Of a stretch of DNA of 54,807 bases, positions 1-19,221 are shown one piece after another. The notes under the pieces were generated by a model. The model searched no databases. It was not told where the DNA came from and saw only the letters and a program-made list of their open reading frames with translations. A program made the position numbers and the translations under genes. The stretch comes from Eledone cirrhosa. Taxonomy: Eukaryota. Positions within the stretch are counted from its first letter, which is position 1. Each line of letters begins with the position of its first letter. Location of the stretch: the NCBI GenBank assembly GCA_964016885.1, contig CAXHJY010000436.1, positions 1 through 54,807 of the forward strand, written 5' to 3'.

Positions 1-4
1 TTAA

Positions 5-40
5 TCCCAATATTTCGGGCTCACGCCCATCAACGGGGGA
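5..40 (-). ncRNA. Degenerate minimal hammerhead ribozyme-like motif
   Basis: Minus strand reads tccc-CCGTTGA-t-gggc-GTGA-gccc-GAAA-ta-T-T-ggga. Stem I (tccc/ggga), stem II with GNRA loop and GAAA are present, but the core deviates at U4 and A6. Confidence 0.35.
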
Positions 41-90
41 GAGTCCCAAAAGGGGGGGAACAGGCTAAGCGGATAAACTTGTGATGTCGT

Positions 91-1447
<1,357 letters not shown>

Positions 1448-1976
1448 ATTAATCAGGAAAGAAGGTTTACATGATTTGCTATACAAAAGAGTTTTTAATC
1501 ACATAGCTTACATTTGTTTCACTGAACTGGTAGGTCTAGAGATCGCTATCCGTTTAATTTTGCGTTACTCGATCGCCAATACAGAATTATAACCAGTCAG
1601 ATCTTCGGAGCATGCGAGAATGAAGAAAATACACAGGCAAACAAAAGAAAAGAAAATACAGGCTACTATATGGAGTAGTAATGGCATTCAATTAGAACAA
1701 TAACAACAATTACAACAATGCTATCAATAAATTATTTAAGGAGACCCTGACATTACTTAGATGGGGGCGTATATAATGTATCTAATGTTACGGCGTGAAA
1801 ACCAACTGTCATAAGGCAAAAGGTATCGCAGTGTATATCAATTTTAAGTTATAAAGATAAGCTAGTTTTTACAGTCTTTCTCTTCATCTTCAACAGTATA
1901 TATGAGTGGGACCACTGTCACAGCTAAATAGTTGTAGAGTTAATACAGAGGATAACGAATTAATATACGCATATAT
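1448..1976 (-). mobile_element. Non-coding dispersed repeat carrying an HHR (probable Penelope-like pseudo-LTR/3' end); inverted copy of ~19760-20300
   Basis: Reverse complement aligns along its length with 19760-20300, e.g. aatcaggaaagaagg vs ccttctttcctgatt, and gagaccctgacattacttag vs ctaagtaatgtcagggtctc. Flanked by (TA)n. Confidence 0.75.
1499..1617 (-). ncRNA. Type I hammerhead ribozyme, U4C core, long stem II
   Basis: tcgcat-gct CCGAAGA t-ctga-ctggt...accag-t-tcag-t GAAA c-aaat-g-T-A agc-t-atgtga. Cleavage triplet GUA. Confidence 0.7.
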
Positions 1977-2134
1977 CTACGCACACACACACATACACAT
2001 ACACACACACAAACATATATATATAAATATATATACACATATATACACATGCATGTGTACATAGACATATACATACACATCAATATACATTCGTACAAAA
2101 ATATAGATACATGCAAAGAGAAAAGCGTGCTAAA

Positions 2135-5092
<2,958 letters not shown>

Positions 5093-5277
5093 GATAAATC
5101 TACCAAGAGTTTACGGTAGTGTCCAATCCGTATGAAGAACTCAATGTATTCCGGATATCATGGAAAGAAGAGATGTAATGAAAAATCACTTTCGGTGAAA
5201 GATAAACGGTATACAGAGTCTAGATAAAATATTAAACAAATAATGAATAAACAATTCCTTATATTAAACAAAAAAAG

Positions 5278-5431
5278 TTCATTATTTAACGATCGTTTCT
5301 AGGATATATATGTGTTAGAATTGGTATGCATATTCAACAGATCTATGTACAAAATTATACAAAATTATACAAATTATCAAGATTAAATATACATACCAAC
5401 ACATATATACGCCGTCTTCAGAAATAATGAA
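5278..5431 (-). ncRNA. Type I hammerhead ribozyme with minimal palindromic stem III and ~115-nt stem II
   Basis: ttcattattt CTGAAGA cggcgtatatatgtgttggtatg...catacca.aacacatatatatccta GAAA c-gatc-g-T-T aaataatgaa. Perfect 10-bp stem I, GUU cleavage site. Confidence 0.85.
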
Positions 5432-6325
5432 GTATATTTATTGATAATAACAACAATTCAAAATTTCAGGTCCGTTTGGGAACAAAATTGACCAATGAAA
5501 ACACAAAGGGTTAAATGCAGTTCGGTGTGTGTATATACATGTAAAACCCCTACACATATTTTACAAAAATGTATGTATAATTTGTATACGCATACTAAAA
5601 GGATGGATGCAAATACAAAATTTCAAGGTTAATGTCTCTGTAAGTTTATAATGCACAGATAAGATACGTATTGACACTTATGAAATTAAGTATATAAATA
5701 TATTTTTTCATACTCACACATATCCGTACAATCACACATACACGCGCGTATATGCATAAATATACACATAACCACGAACATACAAACACACACACACCCC
5801 CACTCACATTTATATATGTGGATATAAAATCATAAGCACATGGATATTAATTCACTCACATAAAACACTGGCACACACATTTTTAGATCAAGATACAGAA
5901 ATTAGGTGGGAGGGGGGGGGAGAGGTCAGTATTCAACGGTCTGAGCTGACTGCCTAATATAGATGTATCTATAAACTAAGAAAATAAAAAAATAAAAAAT
6001 AATAAATAAACATTAAAGAGGAAAGAATAGAAAGAAAACAGAAAAAAGAAAAAAGAAAAAAGAAATATATCAAGAAAATAAATATATATATATACATATA
6101 TACACATACATATATATATATATATATATACACACACATATATATATATAATATACATATATATACACATATACACACACACACACATACATAAATATAC
6201 ACACATATACAAACACATACATACATATACACACATCCACACTAAGAACATACATACACACACATATATAAACATATACATATACACACATACATACATG
6301 TACACATATACATACAAATACACAT

Positions 6326-6372
<47 letters not shown>

Positions 6373-6688
6373 TATGTATATACACGTACATATACACACA
6401 CATATACATATAATCACACATACTATATAGACACAGATATATATAACCACACACATACATGCACATATACAACACTTACATACTAATATACATACAGATA
6501 TACACATACATAGCTATATATACATACAAATATATACAGACTTACATATATACATACAGACAAATACTTACGCATCTATATATCGGTATATACATACAAA
6601 CACCACTACACTATCACACAACTTAGAAATACAAAGAGAAAGGTATATACCTATACACACATACATATACAAATAGAAAAACATATAG

Positions 6689-6719
<31 letters not shown>

Positions 6720-6996
6720 TATACATATACATATATATATATATAACATATATATATATATATATATATACACATACATATACACATACACACACATACA
6801 CATATACACACATACATACATGTACACACACATAGAAATATATACGCATACACACATACACACATACATATAAAGTCATACACACACATACACCTACACG
6901 AACATACACATACACATATATAAAGATATATATACACACACACATACACACACCACACATACACACATACATATATATATAAAAAATAAATAATAA

Positions 6997-7075
<79 letters not shown>

Positions 7076-7422
7076 AATATACATACACATACATACACAC
7101 ATACATATACATACATGTACATACATACACGTACATCGATATACATACATATATATATACACACATAGACATATACATACATACACACACAACTTACATA
7201 CACACATATATATACATGTATATTCATACATAGAATTAGATATATAATCATACATACATATGCACTTACTTATACTCATATATACAAATACATACGCATC
7301 CATATATGCGTATATACATAAAAACACCACTACAACCTCACCTAACTCAGACATACAAATAAAAATAAAAAGGCATATGCATATACATATATACACGCAT
7401 TAATAGAGATATATATATACAT

Positions 7423-7496
<74 letters not shown>

Positions 7497-7734
7497 ATTC
7501 ATACATATATATATATATAGATACCCACACACTCATACCACCATAAATACACATACAAACACCCACATATACATATATATACACACGTATATATATATAT
7601 ATATATACACACACATAAAAAACAGACATGCACATATATATATATTTTTTTACACTTATATATACACATATTATATACACATACACAACCTCACATATAC
7701 ACACATACACATAAGTTATATTATAATAATAAAA

Positions 7735-7777
<43 letters not shown>

Positions 7778-7863
7778 CATATATATATATATATATATAC
7801 ATATAAACATATACATACATATATACACACATACGAATATAGACATATATTCACACATAGACA

Positions 7864-7905
<42 letters not shown>

Positions 7906-9542
7906 TACATATACACAGACACATATACACACTCACATATATATGTGTGTGCACACACACATATATACACACATACACATATATACACATAAACACATAT
8001 ATGTGCATACATGCACACACACACACATATATCACATAGATACGAAGATAGACATATAAATAGAGAGACATACATATATATACAACACACATACACACAC
8101 ATACATACACACACATATACATATACATATATATATATATATATATATATTCCTATATATACATATATACATATATATACATATATATATATATACATAC
8201 ACATATACATACACACATTCACATACACATACACATGCATATATACACATATATACATACATACACATACTCATATATACACACACAATCTTACATTCAT
8301 ATTTGCATGCGCATATATGTATTTTTACATTTAGATATAAATACCCAAACCTATATAGACACCTACCTACATATATATTCATACATACACGCTTACAAAT
8401 ACAGATGATAATAGTATGGGGGAAAGGGGGGGTTTGGAGAAGGGGATCATAGTAAATATATGTTTCAAGAAACATAGAATATTTTCCGTATCTTTATCCA
8501 ATGTATGTTTTTACATAGTTTCAGTGTTAGGAAATACAACAAACAAGAACTAAGGCAAAATCTATGCATCTCAAAATAAACAAGTATACCATTAATTATA
8601 TGTTAACTAAACCAAAGATAGTTAACATATTGATTTCTAAGGTGTAAATTAGTTAGGTTTATAATATTTGAAGCAGAATTTTGAAGTTAAATAGTAGTAG
8701 AGTATTAATTATAGTATAACTAAATTAAAGTTAATAACGTTATGGTATCAATATTAGGAAATGAATTTAGTAATAGGGAAAAAACAAATAAAATAAAGTA
8801 TTACATCGGTAGTAGAATATAAATTATAGGTTAACTAAATTAAAAATTATATATTTATTTCTATAGTATATGTTAATTAGGTATATAATACATAAAGCAG
8901 ATATTATATTTTATCAATAGCATAATATAATTATATGCAAATAGAAATCAAAATTAATACATATACATATACATATACATACACATACATATATACATAT
9001 ATATACACATATATATATATATACATATATACACATATACATACACACACACATACACATACACATATACATATACATATCTTTTTCAAAAAATTGCATA
9101 GAATATATTAACTAGGTATATATCCAAAACACATCCCATTCTATGATTACATGACATTCTGCAATTCGTCTGTATAAGGATACTAATTTTAAGCAAATTA
9201 AAATTAAATTTTTAGGTTGATTAAAATTAAAACCAAATTATAAATATATTTCTAAAATGTATATTAATTAGGTCTATAATACTAAAAATTATTTCTCTGT
9301 CATTGGATACACGATATTATTTTGTTATATTTTATCTGTAAAAGAATTATAATAAAAGGTTTAAATAAATTAAAATTAATCTATAAATTAAATTACTGAG
9401 TATATATTAGTAATACTTAAAGGTTTTTCACAATTTATGATTACATAATATTTTATATTCTCATCTGTAATAAAAATTTTAATTAAATTAAATTTATAGG
9501 TTAACTAACATTTAAATTAAATTAATTTCTAAAATAATGTTA

Positions 9543-11441
9543 TTAATTAGGTTTATAATATTTAAATGTTTTTTTTAGTTTATGATTACACGATATAATT
9601 AATTCCTGTCGTTTATTTAATAAGATATCCTTAGACTTCATTATTTCAAATAGTTCTTGGGAACATAATCTACATTCATTTCTATTATTTTGATAAGGGG
9701 TGGCTCTTTTGAGCACACTCCAGGTCAAATCATATTCTATATTCTTATTTTTATAACTATTGATTTTTTCCGCTAGAGATGTTGTATTAGCCAGTGCGGC
9801 ATTTTTAAAACTATGCTTGTGGGTATTAAACCTTGTCTTAAAATTGTTAGAGGTAGCTCCTATATATGAGCAAATAGAATCTTTAGTTTTAACATTACAT
9901 TTATAGACTATGTTGTTAACAAGACAATTCCCTTTTAATGGGCAGTTTGCTTTGTTTCTACAGTTACATCCTTTCGTTAATTCTGTATTTGAGGAGATAT
10001 TATGGTTAATTTGATGTACTGGTGGTATACTTATGGTTTTCTTACATTTATATGCATTATATGCACTTATATTTTGTTTTATGTTATTTGTTGTAGAATA
10101 TGAGAATTTAACTGTAGACCTATTTAAGATTTGATGGTATTTGTGGTTTGGCGGGAAGTTTTTCTCAAGGATATAAAAAAATTTTTTAGCAATATTATCC
10201 TTAACTTGTAAATTAAAAGGAGCATTATACCAAGTAACCCGTCTATTACGGTTTCTATGTTGTTTATTATTTTTATTATTTTTATATGTTGTATCGTGAT
10301 TTTTACTAGGAGGATTAATGTTAATGATCTCACCACAACTATTTTTAGTTATATTTGTAGATTTAGGTGTTTTATCCTTTTTATTAGGAGTTTTATTATT
10401 AATATTTATTAGAGTTGTATGATGAGTAGTTTTTTGAGAGTTACTATACTTTATATTAGAAGATTTGGTATTTTGGGGTATAGTGTGGGTGGCATTTAGG
10501 TGTGTACTTTTCATTTGGTGTTTGTTGGTAATATTATGTTGTATGCTTTCAGTATTTTTAGTAGAAGGTATATACTCTAATCTATTTTTGTGGCCACTTC
10601 TATCTAGAGCTTCGTTATAGAAGGTCGCATTTTTATCAAATACATCTTGGTTAGAAGAAAGGTTAGAAATTCTAAGTGATATATTATATGCAAGGTTTTT
10701 AAGGATAGATTTAGGGTGATTAGATTGTGAGTGTATGTAATGTAAGTTTTGGTTAGGTTTATGGTAAGGTTGGTAGATACCCGTAGCTAAATCTAAAGTT
10801 ATATCTAGGAAATTTACTACTTTACTTGTTTTTTCAAAAGTAATATTAAGATTATAATAGTCTTTAAGGAAAGTTCTAATATGTTTTTTGTTTTTTTCAA
10901 TTTCTGAAAGGCTAAGGTTGTTAGAAAGAAGAAGACAGTCATCACGATATAAACCACCTTTGAGGTGGGGAAAAGAGGCATTTATGTTGAAAAGGAGAAA
11001 GAGGCCCACAAGATCAGTAATTTGGGCGGAATCGCTTGAACCCATAGTAATATCAAAAAGATTACTATATGTGTTTCTGGTCCAGTATTCATTCTGAAAT
11101 TCAATAAGTGTTAGTCTAGCATGTGTAATAATATTGATGTCATCCAAAGTTAAGTTAGATCTATTTTTAGCAAATATCAATGCTTTGTTCAGGAGTATAG
11201 GTGATATAGAAGAATAGTAATTATCTATATCAAATTGTAGGAAAGAAGCAGAAGATTTACACCTAATATTTTTAAACCAGTTAATTACCTTGGAGGTGTT
11301 TTCCCAGAGTGGTAAAATAACGTGTTTTCTTATTTGTGGGATGACTCTATCTAAAATTTTTTTGCTAATTATTCCAATATCTGATTTGGAGGGACATATA
11401 AGTCTAATAGAAGGATTTGAGTTAAAGTTAGATTTGTGATA
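9543..11441 (-). CDS. Penelope-like reverse transcriptase + GIY-YIG endonuclease (5'-truncated; frame stays open upstream of the called 11180 start)
   Basis: HKSNFNSNPSIRLICPSKSDIG, FLQFDIDNYYSSI (motif A), FDITMGS, GLYRDDCL, VNFLDITLD, YIHSQSNHP, CNCRNKANCPLKGNC, IVYKC..SYIGAT..FKTRFNTH, CRLC..LNKR.E..CNH. Confidence 0.92.
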   Translation of the reverse strand, partial: YHKSNFNSNPSIRLICPSKSDIGIISKKILDRVIPQIRKHVILPLWENTSKVINWFKNIRCKSSASFLQFDIDNYYSSISPILLNKALIFAKNRSNLTLDDINIITHARLTLIEFQNEYWTRNTYSNLFDITMGSSDSAQITDLVGLFLLFNINASFPHLKGGLYRDDCLLLSNNLSLSEIEKNKKHIRTFLKDYYNLNITFEKTSKVVNFLDITLDLATGIYQPYHKPNQNLHYIHSQSNHPKSILKNLAYNISLRISNLSSNQDVFDKNATFYNEALDRSGHKNRLEYIPSTKNTESIQHNITNKHQMKSTHLNATHTIPQNTKSSNIKYSNSQKTTHHTTLININNKTPNKKDKTPKSTNITKNSCGEIININPPSKNHDTTYKNNKNNKQHRNRNRRVTWYNAPFNLQVKDNIAKKFFYILEKNFPPNHKYHQILNRSTVKFSYSTTNNIKQNISAYNAYKCKKTISIPPVHQINHNISSNTELTKGCNCRNKANCPLKGNCLVNNIVYKCNVKTKDSICSYIGATSNNFKTRFNTHKHSFKNAALANTTSLAEKINSYKNKNIEYDLTWSVLKRATPYQNNRNECRLCSQELFEIMKSKDILLNKRQELIISCNHKLKKTFKYYKPN

Positions 11442-11452
11442 TATATATATAT

Positions 11453-12153
11453 GTAGATAAATCTACCAAAAGTTTACGGTAGTGTCCAATTCGTATGAAG
11501 AACTCAATGTAATCCGTATATCATGGAAAGAAGAGATGCATTCAAAAATCACTTCCGGTGAATGATAAACGGAATACAGAGTCAAGATAAAATATTTAAA
11601 AAATAATCAATAAAACAATGAAACAGTTCCTTATATTAAACAAAAAAAGTTCATTATTTAACGATCGTTTCTAGGACATATATGTGTTAGAATTGGCATG
11701 CATATTCAAAAGATCTATGTACAAAATTATACAAAATTATACAAACTATCAAATAGAATATACATACCAACACATACGTATGCCGTCTTCAGAAATAATG
11801 AAGTATATTTATTGATAATAACAACAATTCAAAATTACAGGTCTGTTTGGGAACAGATTTTAAATAGACCAATGAAATACATAAAAATACATCAAGAAAA
11901 TACAGTTAGGTGTGTGTATATATATGCAAGTAACTTCGTTCACAGATATGCATAAAAATGTATGTTCACATGCATACGCATGTCGAAAATGTGTATGTAA
12001 ATACAAAAATTCAGGGCTAATGTCTCTGTATGTTTATAATCCACAGACAAAATACACATACGTATACATACATATATACACTCATATATACACACATATA
12101 CATACATTCATACACACACACGCATATACACATAAACATACACATACCCACGA

Positions 12154-12203
<50 letters not shown>

Positions 12204-12424
12204 GTATGTATTATTATTATAACTATATGGATATTGAGGCGCACACATAAACACGGCCACATACACTTACATCTAGATGCAGAACTAAAAATAGGTAAGG
12301 GAGTAAGTAAATTACAGAGGGTGTCAGACTCAGCATATTTATAAAAATGTATCTATAAATTTAGAAATAAAAAGAAATATATTAAAAGAAATAAACAAAA
12401 GATATACTCATACATATAAATACA

Positions 12425-12494
<70 letters not shown>

Positions 12495-12963
12495 TATATA
12501 TATATCTCCATACATAGACACACACACACATATATATACACACATACTCACAACACACATATATACATATATGTACACACACATACACACATACATACAT
12601 ATACATATATACATATATATACATATATATATACATACACACATATATATATACACACACATATATATACACACACACACATACATATACGTATATATAC
12701 ATACACACACATACCCATGTATATATACACACAACCACACACTCACACACAACTCAGACATACATAAATATAGAGACATACATACACACATATATACATA
12801 TACATATATACATACATATAAATATATATACACATATATATACACACATATATATATATATATATATAAAAAAATAAATAAATACACACAGTCAGACAAT
12901 TATGCACATATATACACATACATACACACATCTCTACAAATACATATACATACACATACATAC

Positions 12964-13039
<76 letters not shown>

Positions 13040-13447
13040 TCATACACACTTATTTACATGTGCACATATGTATTTTTATACTCACATACAAACACACAAA
13101 CATACATACATACTTACATACACATACATACATCCACACTTACAAATACGAATAATTATAGGGAGGGGGGGATTAAAATTATTAGTGGGAAATAGTAAAT
13201 ATAGGTTTCAAGGAACATAGAATATTAATCTGCATTTAAATCATAATATGTGTTTACATAGTAGTGTCAGAAAGAAGGCAAAATTATGCATTTTAATATA
13301 AGTAGACTATTAATTATAGGTTAATTAAAGTAAAAATAGTTAATATATTAATTTCTAAGGTGTATACTACTTAGTTTATAATATTTAAAGCGGAATTTTG
13401 AAGTTAAACAGTAGTAGAGTATTAATTATAGCATAACTAAATTAAAA
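11453..13447 (-). mobile_element. Second, diverged copy of the Penelope-like 3' region (pseudo-LTR-like direct repeat of 5090-8729)
   Basis: Begins with the same gtagataaatctacca terminus. Shares ordered anchors through to gtagtagagtattaattatag. Confidence 0.85.
11650..11802 (-). ncRNA. Type I hammerhead ribozyme (paralog of 5278-5431)
   Basis: Same ttcattattt-CTGAAGA...GAAA-cgatcg-TT-aaataatgaa fold. Core identical despite divergence elsewhere. Confidence 0.85.
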
Positions 13448-13457
13448 ATATTAAAAA

Positions 13458-14642
<1,185 letters not shown>

Positions 14643-14694
14643 GACGTAAAATAAGAAAATTTTAAAAATTTAAAATTAACTTACTAAAATTTTC

Positions 14695-14777
14695 ACTCCA
14701 ACTAATTAGCTTCTGTAATGGGTATAAATATAGTTACACAATATAACTATCGAGAATTCATTACGTCATCAGGGAGT
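14695..14777 (-). ncRNA. Hammerhead ribozyme-like motif (A15.1G variant) in a short unique island
   Basis: actcc CTGATGA c-gtaatg...cattac-a GAAG-ct-aatt-ag-T-T ggagt. Confidence 0.65.
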
Positions 14778-14896
14778 CTATTCTCAACTAAGCATAGAAC
14801 CACCCTGCATAGAACCACCTAGGTACTATGACATAACTTATATATTTGCTAGCATTAGTGTACATCTGTACGCATATGTTGGTAGATGTACTAATT

Positions 14897-15069
14897 CTCT
14901 CTCTCTCTCTATATATATACTATATCTATATATATATCTATCTCTCTATATATATATACTATATCTATATATATATATATATATATACTATATCTATCTA
15001 TATATATATATACTATATCTATCTATATATATATATATACTATATCTATATATATATATATATACTATA

Positions 15070-15106
<37 letters not shown>

Positions 15107-15202
15107 TATATCTATATATATATATAATATATATATATATATACTATATCTATATATATATATATTATATATATATATATGTATACTATATCTATATATA
15201 TA

Positions 15203-15235
<33 letters not shown>

Positions 15236-15248
15236 CTATATTTATATA

Positions 15249-15279
<31 letters not shown>

Positions 15280-15282
15280 CTA

Positions 15283-15321
<39 letters not shown>

Positions 15322-15323
15322 TA

Positions 15324-15360
<37 letters not shown>

Positions 15361-15378
15361 TATATTTATATATATATA

Positions 15379-15418
<40 letters not shown>

Positions 15419-15849
15419 TATATCTATATATATATATATATATTATATATATATATATTTATACTATATCTATATATTATATATATATATACTATATCTA
15501 TATATATATATATATTATATATATATATATATATACTATATCTATATACTATATCTATATATTATATATATATATACTATATCTATATATATATATATTA
15601 TATATATATATATCTATATATATATTATATATATCTATATACTATATCTATATACTCTATCTATATATTATATATATACTATATCTATATATATATATAT
15701 ATATTAAATATATATATATATATACTATATTTATCTACTATATCTATATATTATATATATATATATACTATATCTCTATATATATTTATATATATATTAT
15801 ATATATATATACTATATCTATATATATATTTATATATATATATATATAC

Positions 15850-15884
<35 letters not shown>

Positions 15885-15945
15885 AATATATATACTATAT
15901 CTATATATTATATATATCTATATATCTATATATATATATTATATA
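14897..15945. repeat. (TA)n with TATC/TTAT interruptions
   Basis: Direct reading. Confidence 0.95.
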
Positions 15946-15946
15946 G

Positions 15947-16771
15947 TTTTTAAAAACCTTATCCCTAATATTAGCCGTAGGATCTCCACCCTCTCTTCCT
16001 CAGAAGCTATTTTTAATAAGGCATCCCCCTACTATAATAAAGCCCTCCAAAATAGCGGTTTTAGCGAACCGATTAAATACATACCTAACTACACTAACTC
16101 TATTAAACATAAAAATAGGAAAAGAAAAATAATCTGGTTCACACCCCCTACTCTCTAGCAGTTAAACTAATGTAGGCAAAAAATTCCTTGAGCTCCTAGA
16201 TAAACATTTCCTAGAACACATAGATACTATAAGATCTTTAACAGAAACTGTGTTAAAATTAGCTATTCCTGCGGTCCCCCTATTAAGTCCTATATCCTCA
16301 ACAAAATATCACCTAGAGAAAATCAAACTTGCTCTTGTAGAATCAAAAGTGAATGCCCATTACAAGGTAAATGCAACACCAAAGCCATTGTATATGCGGC
16401 TAAAGTGACAACCATCAGCAACAACTATCCAGCCACCAGTGAACGATATGTGGGTATGACGCAAGACAAATTCAAACGCGTTATTACTCACATGTCGCAT
16501 CCTTTCGACATCCAGAAAAAAGATTTACAACAGCTCTGGCTAGCAGAATTGGGATTTGAAAGACCAAGGCATCCAATATAAATTAGATTGGTCAATTTTG
16601 AACCAATCTAAAGAATATGCTAGAGGAACAAGAAATTGCACGCTCTGCATAAATGAAAAATATTGGATATTGCAAAATCTAAAATCACCAAAGACCTGCC
16701 TGAACACAAAGACGGAAATTTTCACCAGTTTGCCCACACATGAAATCACACCTGCTTTCCAGCTCATATAA
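15947..16771 (+). pseudogene. Decayed Penelope-like RT thumb + GIY-YIG fragment (several frameshifts)
   Basis: Translates as NISRRISTLSSSEAIFNKASPYYNKAL, RKRKIIWFTPP, KIFNRNCVKISYSC, CSCRIKSECPLQGKC, IVY..YVGMT, LDWSIL..CTLCINE..LNTKTE. Confidence 0.88.
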
Positions 16772-17199
16772 ACTTAACACACTTTCAGATACTTATCCTC
16801 CATAAACTCTTATTATTCTCTTTTTAATTACCCTTTCTGACTTACTTTCATTTTTATCCTTGTCAATAATTTCATTTATTTTTATTTTTATTTTTATTTT
16901 TACTTCACATCCCCCCCCCCTTTATTCTCCGATTCACTTTCCATTTTTTACTTCCCCTTCTTTTACTTCCCCTTTTCCTCCACTAACTGATTACACTTGT
17001 CTTTTGTGTTTTCAATCCAGATATATTTTTCATTTTTATTTTTATTTTTTATTTTTGCGCAGCCAATCTTACAATTTTATATTTGTACTTACTTATCCAC
17101 GAGTTTTTTACACCCTGTATCAATATGGCTGAACGCCTTAATGTGTGTATACTTTTATATATGTACATGAGTGACTACGTATGTGCGCGCGCGTGCGTG

Positions 17200-17244
<45 letters not shown>

Positions 17245-17864
17245 ATGTATGTATATATTATGATATATTATGCGTATGTGTATGTGTCTTTATATCCGTG
17301 TTTTTTGACATCTCGGTTTTATGTTTTGTTCCTTTTTTCTTCTACCCCCCCCCCCCTTCCCTTTTTTTACTTACTCAGTTTTATGCGTGTGCATGCATAC
17401 AGGTCAATATGCGTGAGTGTAAGTATGTGTGTGTGTGTGCGTGTATGTACGTATCGAACGGATGGATGTGTAAGTGCGCGTGTGTATATAAGCATATATA
17501 TTTTTGCGTTTCTTTTGTGAGACATGCGTGTCTGTGTATGTATGTACCCTTTTTTGGGCTTCTTTTCTTTAATTTTTTCTTTCTAAAATTTTTTCTTTCT
17601 AATTTATTGTTACATTTTTATAAATATATCGAGATTGATACTTTCCTTTAATTATTACACTCCCTTACCTCTTTTACTTCCGCATCTAAGTGTACGAGTG
17701 TGCAGGCGTTTTATGCGCGCGCCTTCATATTCATATATTTATGATGTAACTATTCTGTCTGTAGATTACAAACATTCAGATACATTTGCCCTAACTTTTA
17801 GAATTACGCACACTTTTTCACTATACATATACATGTGTGCATATACATATATGCACATCTATGA

Positions 17865-18383
17865 GCACATAACATCACAGCTTCAAATTTAGCTAAACTA
17901 CCTAGCCGTAGGAACGCGTGCAACCCTGTAGGTAGTACTAACTGTAATTGTAGGAATCGGGCTGATTGCCCCCTATCCGGGAAATGCCTCTCTAGTAACA
18001 TTGTCTACAAATGTAAGGTTGTAACACCCACGTCCCGTAGGGCCTACATAGGGTTAACCGCCAATAGTTTCAAGCAGCGTCTTTACATGCATACCCATTC
18101 TTTTCGTTACCCTCTAAGAAGGAATATGACGTCACTTTCAGCTTATATCTGGAGTCTAAAAGACAACCACACCCAATATAAGTTACACTGGGAGATCCTA
18201 GCTAGGGCTAGATCGTATAACGGAAATAAAAGACAATGTGACCTCTGCGCCGCTAAGGCCCTGGAAATACTCTACGCTACAGACCACATCTTAAACAAAA
18301 AATCTGAGGCAATTTCGGCTTGTAAACATAAATTGCACAAAACTTTCCTGTATTACAGCCCCACGTTATACCCTAACGGATAG
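17865..18383 (+). pseudogene. Penelope-like GIY-YIG endonuclease domain (uninterrupted frame, 5'-truncated)
   Basis: AHN...CNCRNRADCPLSGKCLSSNIVYKC..AYIGLTANSFKQRLYMH...LHWEIL...CDLC...LNKKSE..CKH. The frame runs upstream of the called 18087 ATG to a TGA at 17862. Confidence 0.88.
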
Positions 18384-18965
18384 CACGATCTATACGTGGA
18401 TATTTTACGTCTTGATGTGGGAGCTAAGTATATGTTTTGTTTATTCCTTTACGTATTTGCATAGGTAAGTATATATTACCCGTATGTTTTGTGAAGGTAT
18501 GTATACCTTCTCGTACGTATATTTGACTGTTATAGCGTATAATTTTTACATATTCTGGTATTTAGGGTTTGCCTATGTGTATACGGGAGTTTTGCGTCCG
18601 CGTGAGTGTGCAGGTTCGTACGTATGGTGGGTGTGTGTATATGTGTACTTCTTGTTTTAGTTGACTTACGTCTCCGAACATTCGTGTATTTATATGTAGG
18701 TATGCGTGTGCGCTTGTTATATACGTATTTATTTACTTATATACGTTTATATAATTATTTATTTATTTGTACACAAGCATACACACACACACATATTTAT
18801 ATGTGCGTGGTTTTGTATACCCATGGTAAGGTTTTGCGTATGCTTGTGTATGTACGTATCTGTTTGCGTGTATGCATTTATTTGTTCCTATTACTTCTGT
18901 ATTGTATTTATTTACTTTGTTCTTAACTCTGTAGCGGAGATTCATTTGGTCTCCTAGTTAGAATT

Positions 18966-19221
18966 TTAGTCTACGATTTCTGCTATACCATTTACGTGGT
19001 TTTGTCTTTGCGTGCTATTGTTCTCCACGCTCCACATATGACTTATTATCTTCGTTTTTTCGTTCATTGCCAGAGAACGTCTCTATGCACCACCTAAGAG
19101 AACATTAGTCTACGACCTCTTTTATACCATAAACGTCGTTTTGTCTTTGCGCGTAATTGTTTTTCACCGCTCCTATTAATGACGTATTATTCGTTTTTTC
19201 CCGTTCTTTGCCAGCGAACGT
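18966..19221 (+). repeat. Diverged ~139-bp tandem duplication in the PLE 3' region
   Basis: ttagtctacga...ttttgtctttgcg...ttgccag.gaacgt occurs at 18966 and 19105. Confidence 0.8.

Larger units (their letters stand above)
5090..11441 (-). mobile_element. 5'-truncated Penelope-like element (probably Naiad-type) with a ~4.4 kb microsatellite-rich 3' region ending near an HHR
   Basis: RT + GIY-YIG ORF at 9543-11441. The downstream 5090-8729 region is collinear with a second copy at 11453-13447. Both ends abut (TA)n. Confidence 0.85.
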
